Assembly (NCBI GenBank): GCA_052388375.1
Contig: JBQTIG010000081.1
Location: 20,215 to 84,214, forward strand
Reading direction: 5' to 3'
DNA length: 64,000 nt
Source: Planctomycetaceae bacterium
Lineage (GTDB): Bacteria; Planctomycetota; PLA2
This document shows positions 56,201 to 63,629 of this stretch, in pieces. Positions within the stretch are counted from its first letter, which is position 1; every line of letters starts with the position of its first letter. The notes beneath the pieces are model-generated. The model was not told the origin of the DNA and did not search any database. It saw only the letters and a list, made by a program, of their open reading frames with translations. The translations under genes and the position numbers were made by a program.

Positions 56201-56337
56201 CGCGGCAGGCGGTCGCGCTCCGCGGCCACCGCTACGCCGTGAGCGCCGTCGCGTGGAGCCCGGACGGGCGCTCCATCGCGACGGCGGAGAACTTCACCGA
56301 CATCGTGCGGTTCTGGCGGTCGGAACCGGCGCGCTGA
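53263..56337 (+). CDS. Ser/Thr protein kinase with a TM segment and a C-terminal WD40 beta-propeller (about 12+ repeats)
   Basis: GTG 53263, or ATG 53290. Kinase motifs GRGGSGVVYRA, VALK, HCDLKPGNIL, DFGIA. A TM helix (LAFLSFATLGVVLAAAAAVSSWLAV) then WD40 repeats (SPDG.R..TG..DG.VR.W). Confidence 0.85.
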   Translation: MNAERVREVMEGALARDTDEIPRFLDESCGPDAELRADVESLLAARKRMGRYLEMPAAAALARDAELAPGQRVGGYEILGVIGRGGSGVVYRARQKSPDRVVALKTLRLRLGGDEARFLDETQTLARFRHPAIAHIYEAGVHEGVPFFSMEFVEGPGTIVDYALAHGLDARARLELLARVADGVHYGHQRGVIHCDLKPGNILVGDDGAPRIVDFGIARTGVMNEGDTELRGTLRYMSPEQCQGGAEPVDVRSDVYALGVVLYELLTGRLPIDVSSGSITQARRRILGEAPVRIESVAPRFRGDVAAIVHKALEKDRERRYASAAALADDLRRHLTDRVVEAAPAGVWVQVRKFARRQRLAFLSFATLGVVLAAAAAVSSWLAVEYRDQRTAAQYEAYLANVAAAAAALEGGDVGEATLRLDHAREAFRGWEWHHLRSRLDTSVATVEWPGVGIGGGALSADGRTLVAAAGALRAWELAAERVLFTVPREPGRRADVVALSPDGQRIVTGYGSGRVDVRSARTGEVLAVAGRHEKQVSMVSFHPDGTRFASAAYDGTVRISDAATGALLATIRAHPGVLLAVRYDRTGTRIATGGDDGRARVFAADSGEPLALLSGHESHVEDVAFSPDGKRLVSASMDQTLRLWDIASSTMLAVRPAHKSGVKGVAWSPDGRTIASCSIDSTVRLWNADDLSAIATYRGHRARVYQVEYATDGARIASFSGDGTVRLWDVARSDDVPWLKSRGGRVGALAFSSDGELVALAAANGSIELWSASSGALVRTLAGGAPASAVRFLDGSRRVVAILPRKVASWTVENGAAEPQRAVSVDLHGALIAADGRIVAWHEGDVLELDAATGAVLSRWNAHSEPVRAAALHEGRGWLVTVSLSGEVRLWHRSGGDPVAMVSVPDARAPTLAFHPDGELVVVGFANGTATLLSVPGLATKATFVTGSQLQVVEFSPDGSRLAACSGDGTFQLWDPSTARQAVALRGHRYAVSAVAWSPDGRSIATAENFTDIVRFWRSEPAR

Positions 56338-56340
56338 AGG

Positions 56341-56369
56341 CCGGGGCCGCCGACGCCCGGCGGCCCCGG
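56341..56369. terminator. GC hairpin (ccggggccgccg-acgc-ccggcggccccgg) between convergent kinase and beta-propeller lipoprotein genes
   Basis: Near-perfect 12-bp inverted repeat seen in the sequence. Confidence 0.5.
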
Positions 56370-56374
56370 TGGAT

Positions 56375-56585
56375 CTCTGCGCTACGGGAGCCGCCCGAAC
56401 CCCCAGTCCGGCTCGGTGCTGCTGCCGTCCGGCTGGTTCGGGATCTCCGCGGCGTTGCTGTTGGTCCCGGTGGCATCGACGAGCCAGAGTCGGGCCGGAC
56501 TCAACTCGTTGTTCTGGCGCGCGAAGACGATGCGGTCCGACATCGGCGACCACGACGGCGTGAGGTCGGACTGGTGCGCCCCGCC
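56375..56585. repeat. About 200-bp direct repeat, copy A (3' end of the beta-propeller lipoprotein gene)
   Basis: About 85% identical to 60392-60595 in the same orientation. The copies are 4020 bp apart. Confidence 0.7.
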
Positions 56586-59500
56586 GGCGGTCACGTTCGC
56601 AGGGCCGCTGCCCGCGCTGTCCGTCCTGACGATCCGCAACCGCCCGACGCTCCCGTAGCGCTGGAGCACGAACCCCACGGGCCCCCAGTCGACCGACCAG
56701 TCGAGCCCTAAACTCTCGCCGATGATCGTCGGCGCCGTCGCGCCGTCCGCGGGCACTACGTACTTCGCCCCGGAATTGCAATACGCGATCCTCGCCCCGT
56801 CCGGAGACCATGAGAGGTGCTCGATATCCCGGTGCGGGAGAGTGCTGATCTCGACCGGCGGCGTCCCCGGCGGCATGCCGAGGTCGAAGATCAAGATCCG
56901 GTCGAAGTACCCCGCGTCCCCTACCGCGCACGCCACCTTGCGCAGGCCCGCGACCGGCGACCACGCCGGGTCGCGTGCCGAGCGCTGGCCGGTGAAGTTG
57001 GTCAGCGGCGTCACGGGGGGCGGCGCCGGATCGGCGCCGTTGAAGGGCATCACCATGAGGTCGAAGTGCGTGCCGCCGCCCTCGCTGTTGCTGACGAACG
57101 CGATCTGTGCACGGTCCGGCGACCAGGCGGGGTCCCAGTCCTCCCGAACGTTGACCGTCAGCTGCCGCCGGCCGCCGCCCGCGGCGTCGATGACCCAGAT
57201 CTCCGTGTCCTCGCCGAGGGCAGGCGGCTTGTTCGAGAAGACGATGAGGTCCGCCGGCTCGGCCGGAGGCGGGCCAGGGGGCGGCGGCTCCTCGGTATCG
57301 GGAGGGGGCGTCGTGAATCCGAGGCACTGGCGGGCGACAACCGTGTCGGTCACCGGCAACGACGGCGTCACGACCTCGATGATGTCCTCGAAGGGAGGCG
57401 CCTCCGGCGCGGTCGCGGAGGGCGCCTGTACCTCGACATCCACCTCGAACGGCAAAGTCTCCCCGCCCTCGACGCGCTCGAGCTCGGCCTGACAGCGGCC
57501 GTCAGCGGCGATGTGACCATCGGGTCCGACACGGAGGACCCAGGCGTCCCCGCGCACCTCCACGGAATCGGAGCGTCCGACCAGCAGCGCGCCGCCGGGG
57601 ACCGCCCGGAGACCGGACAGCCTCTCGTCCAGCATACCTCCGTAGGCCTGCGCCCAATCCCAGCCTCCCGTCGCGCTGACGCGCATGAGAATCCAGTCTT
57701 GGCCGCTGGGGCGCATGAGAGGCTTGTTTTCGCCGGTGACCGGGTCCATGCCGAAGTCGTTCTCGATCGTGGCCGCGACATAGACATCGCCCTCGGAGCC
57801 TCGGACGACACGATACGAGCCTTCGCCGATCACCCAAGGCGCGTCCCACCTCCGCATCGACGCGTGGCGAATCGCCCCGTCCGGCGCCATGTCGACGACG
57901 AACACATGAGGCGTCTCGCTGAACGCCCCGCCGTTGCTTCGCACCGCTCCTGCGAACAGCGCGCCTTGGCGATCGATTGTGCAGACAGCCGCGACCGGGC
58001 TGACCTCGGAACCTGGCGCGGGACCGGCAACGGACCCAAAGAACCGCACACGATACGACGAACGCGCGCTTCCGTCCTGGTCGAACGCCTGTACCTCGAA
58101 CCCGGAGTCGACGGCGCTCACGGTGGCGAACTCCGCCGGCGCGGTCGCGCCGAGCGCGAAGAGCTTGGTCTGCCAGGAGCCGGGAACGGCAATCCGCCAT
58201 GCAGCCTCGCCGTTGCCGAGAATGCGAGTCACCAGGACCGTCGCGTTGTCCTTCCCATGCGCCAGCAGGACACTCGCATCGGCAAGCACGGCCGACGAGG
58301 CGGGGGGTCGTCGGGCCTCGGCGGTCCTCACGAGCCTGGACCAGACGGGGAGGCCCGTGACGTCGAGGCGCGCGATCCACGGCCCGAACTGTTCGTAGTC
58401 GAACTCCCAGGATCCGATGAGCACGTAGCCGTCGTGGTGCTTTCGCGCCGGGTCAATGGCGAGCAGGTGAACATCATGGACCCTCTCGCGATCAGGACCG
58501 TCTGCCGAATGGAACGCGTTGGCATCCCAGATCATGGCCAGCGCGGCGTCGAGGCGGCGGACGCGGCCGCTGCGGGACCAGATGCACGTCTCTCCGTCCG
58601 CATCCCGAGTGACGCGGTCACCGTCGCCGAGGTCGAGAATCTCCTCCCCAGCCGCCTCCCAGTTGAGACGCACCCTTCTGACGCCCGTCTCGCGGCCAGG
58701 CCCGTAGAGCTCGGTGTACTCGACATCCCCATCCATGTGCGAAGTCACCGCCACCCGAACGTCTAGGTAAACGACGCGGTTGAACCCGTTCGCAGGGGCG
58801 AGTGGCCGCGCCTGGAGGCGCCCACCGTCTTGGGGATCGAACCGTATGAGCCAGTTCGTCGCAGAGCGGAAGTCCCACAGGACTCCAACGAACTCGCAAG
58901 ACGCGCCCGCCGGGCACGGCGCGATGCCCGCGCCTACGACCGAGTACCTGCCGAGGTCGCCGAACTCTGAGTACCAGAGCTCCCGACCATCCTGCTCGTA
59001 GAGCGCCGCAAAGACCTCGTCTCCGCTCCCCTCCGGGAAGGTCGAACTGTAGGTCCTCCCCAGCAGGAAGAGCCGGCCCAGCTCGTTGACCGCCCCGGCC
59101 ACCGCGTCGAAGTTACCCTCGAAGGTATGCCACCGGACGACTCCGCCGGAGTCGATCCGCCCGAAGCGCGTGCTCTCTTCCACCGCTGTCAGCCCAACGT
59201 TCGAAAACGTCCCGCGGGCCCAGAAGTAGACGTCCGAGTTCCCGCCGACGGCGACACCCAGCTTCACGGGCCGGTCATGCAGGCTGGGGTACTCGTGCAC
59301 GTATTCACGTATGTCGTCCACGATCTGGCGCTGCCACAAGACGTCGCCGTTCGGCGCCAGCCTGGCTACCCAAGGCACACGCACGGTGTACGCGGCCGCT
59401 ACCCTGGGGTCGGGATCGATGTCGATGCGCGCGTGCGAGACGGCCGCGAGCACGAGGCCCCCGTCGGGGGTGGACTGGGCGTCCTCAAGGAAGTCGTCCG

Positions 59501-59996
59501 GCTTCTCATCGGCAAAGTACAGATGCTCACCGGCCACACTGTCGAGGCCATACCGGCGCTGCCACGCGATTCGGCCGGCCCCGTCGATGTAGGTCACGAT
59601 GAGATCCACGCTGCTGGAACCTCCCTCGTGGGCTATTGCGCTCTTGTCCGGAGGTTCCGGCAACAACGTAGAGACCACAAAGGCGGCCCCCAGGGATGCC
59701 GGCACCACCACGGTGTCCTCCTGCGACCCGCCGGATCGTCCGAGGACGCGCTCCCATAGCGGGTCGCCGTAGGCGTCCAGGCCGACCACCCACGCGTCCA
59801 TGTTGCTCGTGCCCACGGCATCGCGCGTGGCTGCCACGACGTGGCTTCCGTCCGGAAGCACCTCGCCTGAGGCGGCGGCGTCCCGGAGCAGGGCGCCGTA
59901 CGACTTGGCCCACGTCGGCTCGCTGCTGGACCCCTCGGCGCATCCTTGCAGGAACGCCAAGGCGGCGCAGGCGACGAAGATGGTTGACCGCCCCAT
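56382..59996 (-). CDS. Giant lipoprotein with beta-propeller repeats and a TolB-like (PD40) C-terminal region
   Basis: 1204 aa. Signal peptide plus lipobox (AALAFLQGC). Repeated beta-strand-rich units. The C-terminus has WSPDG/WSPM...RIVF repeats typical of PD40/TolB-like propellers. Confidence 0.6.
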   Translation of the reverse strand: MGRSTIFVACAALAFLQGCAEGSSSEPTWAKSYGALLRDAAASGEVLPDGSHVVAATRDAVGTSNMDAWVVGLDAYGDPLWERVLGRSGGSQEDTVVVPASLGAAFVVSTLLPEPPDKSAIAHEGGSSSVDLIVTYIDGAGRIAWQRRYGLDSVAGEHLYFADEKPDDFLEDAQSTPDGGLVLAAVSHARIDIDPDPRVAAAYTVRVPWVARLAPNGDVLWQRQIVDDIREYVHEYPSLHDRPVKLGVAVGGNSDVYFWARGTFSNVGLTAVEESTRFGRIDSGGVVRWHTFEGNFDAVAGAVNELGRLFLLGRTYSSTFPEGSGDEVFAALYEQDGRELWYSEFGDLGRYSVVGAGIAPCPAGASCEFVGVLWDFRSATNWLIRFDPQDGGRLQARPLAPANGFNRVVYLDVRVAVTSHMDGDVEYTELYGPGRETGVRRVRLNWEAAGEEILDLGDGDRVTRDADGETCIWSRSGRVRRLDAALAMIWDANAFHSADGPDRERVHDVHLLAIDPARKHHDGYVLIGSWEFDYEQFGPWIARLDVTGLPVWSRLVRTAEARRPPASSAVLADASVLLAHGKDNATVLVTRILGNGEAAWRIAVPGSWQTKLFALGATAPAEFATVSAVDSGFEVQAFDQDGSARSSYRVRFFGSVAGPAPGSEVSPVAAVCTIDRQGALFAGAVRSNGGAFSETPHVFVVDMAPDGAIRHASMRRWDAPWVIGEGSYRVVRGSEGDVYVAATIENDFGMDPVTGENKPLMRPSGQDWILMRVSATGGWDWAQAYGGMLDERLSGLRAVPGGALLVGRSDSVEVRGDAWVLRVGPDGHIAADGRCQAELERVEGGETLPFEVDVEVQAPSATAPEAPPFEDIIEVVTPSLPVTDTVVARQCLGFTTPPPDTEEPPPPGPPPAEPADLIVFSNKPPALGEDTEIWVIDAAGGGRRQLTVNVREDWDPAWSPDRAQIAFVSNSEGGGTHFDLMVMPFNGADPAPPPVTPLTNFTGQRSARDPAWSPVAGLRKVACAVGDAGYFDRILIFDLGMPPGTPPVEISTLPHRDIEHLSWSPDGARIAYCNSGAKYVVPADGATAPTIIGESLGLDWSVDWGPVGFVLQRYGSVGRLRIVRTDSAGSGPANVTAGGAHQSDLTPSWSPMSDRIVFARQNNELSPARLWLVDATGTNSNAAEIPNQPDGSSTEPDWGFGRLP

Positions 59997-60391
59997 GATC
60001 GACCTCCAGTGCGGGTCAGAACTCGAGCACCGCGTTCAATGACCACAGACGGGTTCTGCGCTTCAGGACTGCAGGAGTTCCGAGGCGTCTCGCGAGTTCC
60101 CTTCTGGGCGGCCCCGAGCGGGGCCAGGGGCGGGTCCACGCCGGGCAACGCGGGGCGCCTCCTACGCCCAGCGAACTTGCCCCCGGCCCGCGACCGCCGG
60201 CCCTCCCGGTGCGCGCCGTAGCGCTGGGCTGGGCGCACCGGCCGGCAGCCTTGAGCCAGGGGCAGGCGAGACACGCAAGCACGAAGACAAGATCCCAGAG
60301 AACCGGTGTGTCGACCCGCTAGAACAGCATGTAACGGTTGCTCGTCCTCAAGGCCGGCGGCTGCCTTGGGCGCACTGCATCTGTCTTCGTG

Positions 60392-60595
60392 CTAGGGGAG
60401 CGGCGGTAACCCCCAGTCCGGCTCGGTGTTGCTGCCCGTGGGCTGGTTCGGGATCTCCACAGCGTTGCTGTTGGTCCCGGTGGCATGGACAGGCCATGGC
60501 CGGCCCGGGGTCATCTCGTTGTCCTGGCGCACGAAGACGATGCGGTCCGGGGACGGCGACCACGACCGCGTGAGGTCGGACTGGTGCGCCCCGCC
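60392..60595 (-). pseudogene. Duplicated 3'-terminal fragment of the beta-propeller lipoprotein gene (direct repeat copy B)
   Basis: It encodes ...GGAHQSDLTRSWSPSPDRIVFVRQDNEMTPGRPWPVHATGTNSNAVEIPNQPTGSNTEPDWGLPPLP. The parent C-terminus reads ...GGAHQSDLTPSWSPMSDRIVFARQNNELSPARLWLVDATGTNSNAAEIPNQPDGSSTEPDWGFGRLP. The upstream part of ORF 60392..60898 is unrelated sequence. Confidence 0.6.
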
Positions 60596-60789
60596 ACGAC
60601 TCTCGACGCGCTCAAGGCCACGGCTGACGTTTGTGGATAGGCAGGGATTCTCTTCTTGTTGTCGCTGTCGAACGCCAGGGGGAGGAGCGCGAGGCGGTAG
60701 GGGCCGGCGGCGGCGGCCCGATCGCACACGGCGTCGAGGAGCGCCTGGAGGTCTTGCGCTGCGCGTTCCACGACCTCGATCCCGTCCAG

Positions 60790-60882
60790 CCTCCCCGAGG
60801 ACCAGGCCAATGAGGTGCTGGAGCTGATCGACTCCCTGGAGCAGTTCGACGACGTGCAGCAGGTCTTTCACGCCCTGGCGTG
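60790..60882 (+). pseudogene. 3'-terminal remnant of a YebC/PmpR-family gene
   Basis: + frame: ...SLPEDQANEVLELIDSLEQFDDVQQVFHALA*. It matches the YebC C-terminus (E. coli ...[23 protein letters not shown]...). There is no upstream body. Confidence 0.45.
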
Positions 60883-60917
60883 AGAGCGGGGGAGGCACAG
60901 GAAGGGGGCGGGGACCG

Positions 60918-63629
60918 CTACTTCCTCTCGGCGTCCAGAAACGTCAGCCGGTTCGTGGGCGCCGGCCGCACTTCAAAGCCGTCCAGCCGGAATCCCGTCC
61001 ACTCCTCGGCGCGCCGGAGGCAATCCCCCTTGGGCCAGTAGAGGGGGGCGAGGTTCCAGAGGCGGATCGTCTTGTCCGAAGACCTCGACGCGATCCGGCT
61101 CCCGTCCGGGCTGAACGCGACCGACATCACCGCGTCTGCGTGCCCCTCCAGCCGCGCGACCTCCTTCCCCAAGGAGGCGTCCCAGAGGCGGACAGTCTTG
61201 TCCCAAGACCCCGACGCGAACCGGCTCCCGTCCGGGCTGAACGCGAGGCACGTCACGCCGACCCCGCACGGTGATGTCCAACTGCTACGTGTTGGAGCCG
61301 AACCGATTGCAGCGATCAGCCCGCCCCTCGCTTGCGGGTCATCCTCGATATCGCAAGCGCTCGCGAACAGCAAGGACCTTCCGGCTGGGGATTCCGTTCC
61401 GGCTGCCCGGAAGCCGTATGCCGTCGCTAGATGGTGCTCCGCCTCCGCGAGCGCGCGCGTCTTGTCCTCGGCCAGCCGCGTCGCCCTGTCCCGCTCCCGC
61501 CCCTCCGATTCCGCCAGCCGCGTCGCCCGATCCTCGGCCGCCCGCGCCGCGTTCCGCTGCTTGCGGAGCGAATCCAGGAAGAGCAGCGTCCCCGCCACGA
61601 TCACCACCACCGCCGCCGCCGACGTGATCGCCACCGCCGCGTGCCGTTGCACCCAGAGGCGCAACAGATACCCCAGGCTCGGCGGCCGCGCCGACACCGG
61701 GTTGCCCTGCGCGAATCGCCCCAGATCCTCCGCCAGCGCCGCCGCGCTCGCATACCGGCGCCCAGGGTCCCGCTCCATCGCCTTCCGGATCACCGCGTCC
61801 AGGTCCTTGGGCACGGTCCGCTCCACCTTCCGCGGCGCCGCCGGCGACTCCCGCAGCACCTTCGCCAGGAGCGCCTCCGTCGTCTCCGCCTCGTACGGCG
61901 CCCGACCGGTCGCCAGCTCGTACAGCGTCGCCCCGAGCCCATAAACGTCCGCCCGCGCGTCCACCCTCGTCACCGCGTGCGTCACCTGCTCCGGCGCCGC
62001 GTACTTCAGCGTCCCGAGCACCGCCGCCGGATTGGTCAGCGACGCCTCCCCGGCCACCTTCGCCAGCCCCAGGTCCATCACCACCACCCGCCCGTCCGGC
62101 GTCACCATCAGGTTGGCCGGCTTGATGTCCCGGTGGATCACCCCGCGCTCGTGGAGGTGCTGCAATCCCAGCGCGGCGTCGTGAGAGACCTCCGCGAGCC
62201 GCCGGTACGGATCTCCGGGAGGATGCGGAGGACGGGGGCGGGGCACGGCCGGCAGGCCTCCAAAGGCCTCCGGCATCTCCCTCCTCTTGCGCTCCGACAC
62301 CGTCGAGACCGCGCTCTCGAGGTCCCGGCTCGACCCCTCCTTCAGCGTCTCCGCGACCTCCCTGAGGTCGCACCCCTCCACGTACTCCATCGCGTACCAG
62401 AACAGCCCCTCCGTCCGTCCCGACGCCAGGATCCGCACCACATGAGGGTGGTCGCTGCGCGCCAGCGCCCGCACCTCCCGCGCAAACCGCGCCGCCGCCA
62501 CGTCGTCGCTCGAGAGCGCTGGCGGCATCATCTTCAGCGCCACCAGCCGCCCAAGGCTCCGCTGTCGCGCCAGATAGACCGTCCCCATCCCCCCTTCGCC
62601 CAGCTTCGCCAGGAGGTCGAACTCCCCAAACCGCCGCGCCGTCGCCGGCGCCGCCTCCGCCGCAGGCTCCGGCTGGTCCGACAGGCTCTGCGCCTGGAGC
62701 GCCTTGAGCTTGTCCGCCGTGACCTCCGCGCCCAGCAGCCGCCCCAGGATCCGGCGGTGGTCCTCCAAGAGCTCCGGCGCCGGGGAGGTCTCCCCCGTCA
62801 CGTAGTCCAGATACTCCACCTTCCGCTCGATCTGCGACCGATTCAGGAAGAGCACCCCCTCCTCCGGACCGCCGGAGGCGCACACGAGCAGCGGGTGCAG
62901 GTCGAGCCAGGCCTCGCCCCGCTTCAGGTAGAGGTGGCCCGCCCGGAGCTTCTCCCCGCCTTCCCTCAGCGTCGTCCGCAGCGCGTCGGTGCCCGTGAGG
63001 TCCCATAGCTCGATGGTGCGGGGCCCCGAGCCGGTCTCCCGCACCTCCGCCACGTAGGTCAGCACCGTCCGGCCGAGGAGCGCGACTTTGTCGAGCAGCT
63101 CCACCGCGGCCGCCAGCAGCGCCTCGCCCATCTCCGCGTAGTACCCCTCGTCGCGCACCGCGCCGTGGCCGAGCACCTGATTCCGATAGGCCGGGATGCG
63201 ATTGAGGAAGTCGAGGACCTTGACCTTCCCTCCGGCGCGCTCGCCCATCGCCTTCAGGCAGGCACCGATCGCGGGGAGGTCGTCGCGCGGCTGGAGCAGC
63301 AGCGCCGAGACGCCCGCGATCTCCGGGAACGGGTGCGGCTCGAGCCCTGCCGTCGCAGCTGCAACCTCGCGCAGGAACTCCACCCAGTGCCCCAGGGAGG
63401 GAAGGGCGAGGTTGGCCAGCCGCCTGTCGAGCGCCTCGTCGCGCGCGCCGCCCGCCAGATAGGCCGCGATCTGCGCCGCACCCGCCGCCTTGATGGTGGA
63501 CTCGATCAGGTAGAAGGCGTTGTGGTGCCGGTCGCTGCGCGCCTTGGCGTTGAAGGCCCGCCGGTACAGCCGCGCCAGCGGCAGCGGCAGCCGGTCGCGC
63601 AGATCGGTGCGGAAGCCCTCGATCGCCAT
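60918..63629 (-). CDS. Ser/Thr protein kinase with an about 330-aa N-terminal domain of unknown function and a short C-terminal WD40 segment
   Basis: 903 aa. Kinase motifs LGEGGMGTVYLA, VALK, HRDIKPANLM, DLGLA, APE. A TM helix (AAVAITSAAAVVVIVAGTLLFL). Two WD40 repeats at the C-terminus. I did not recognise the N-terminal domain (MAIEGFRTDLRDRLPLPLARLYRRAFNAKARSDRHHNAFYLIESTIKAAG...). Confidence 0.8.
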   Translation of the reverse strand: MAIEGFRTDLRDRLPLPLARLYRRAFNAKARSDRHHNAFYLIESTIKAAGAAQIAAYLAGGARDEALDRRLANLALPSLGHWVEFLREVAAATAGLEPHPFPEIAGVSALLLQPRDDLPAIGACLKAMGERAGGKVKVLDFLNRIPAYRNQVLGHGAVRDEGYYAEMGEALLAAAVELLDKVALLGRTVLTYVAEVRETGSGPRTIELWDLTGTDALRTTLREGGEKLRAGHLYLKRGEAWLDLHPLLVCASGGPEEGVLFLNRSQIERKVEYLDYVTGETSPAPELLEDHRRILGRLLGAEVTADKLKALQAQSLSDQPEPAAEAAPATARRFGEFDLLAKLGEGGMGTVYLARQRSLGRLVALKMMPPALSSDDVAAARFAREVRALARSDHPHVVRILASGRTEGLFWYAMEYVEGCDLREVAETLKEGSSRDLESAVSTVSERKRREMPEAFGGLPAVPRPRPPHPPGDPYRRLAEVSHDAALGLQHLHERGVIHRDIKPANLMVTPDGRVVVMDLGLAKVAGEASLTNPAAVLGTLKYAAPEQVTHAVTRVDARADVYGLGATLYELATGRAPYEAETTEALLAKVLRESPAAPRKVERTVPKDLDAVIRKAMERDPGRRYASAAALAEDLGRFAQGNPVSARPPSLGYLLRLWVQRHAAVAITSAAAVVVIVAGTLLFLDSLRKQRNAARAAEDRATRLAESEGRERDRATRLAEDKTRALAEAEHHLATAYGFRAAGTESPAGRSLLFASACDIEDDPQARGGLIAAIGSAPTRSSWTSPCGVGVTCLAFSPDGSRFASGSWDKTVRLWDASLGKEVARLEGHADAVMSVAFSPDGSRIASRSSDKTIRLWNLAPLYWPKGDCLRRAEEWTGFRLDGFEVRPAPTNRLTFLDAERK
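61076..61255. repeat. Near-identical tandem DNA repeat encoding consecutive WD40 units inside the kinase gene
   Basis: The units cgacgcgatccggctcccgtccgggctgaacgcgac and cgacgcgaaccggctcccgtccgggctgaacgcgag lie about 120 bp apart. They encode AFSPDGSRIASRSSDKTIRLW and AFSPDGSRFASGSWDKTVRLW. Confidence 0.6.

Noticed and set aside
61339-63008. ORFs 61339..63006 (-) and 61431..63008 (+) inside the second kinase gene
   Set aside because: The kinase frame carries all Hanks motifs. The others are G/R/A-rich shadows.
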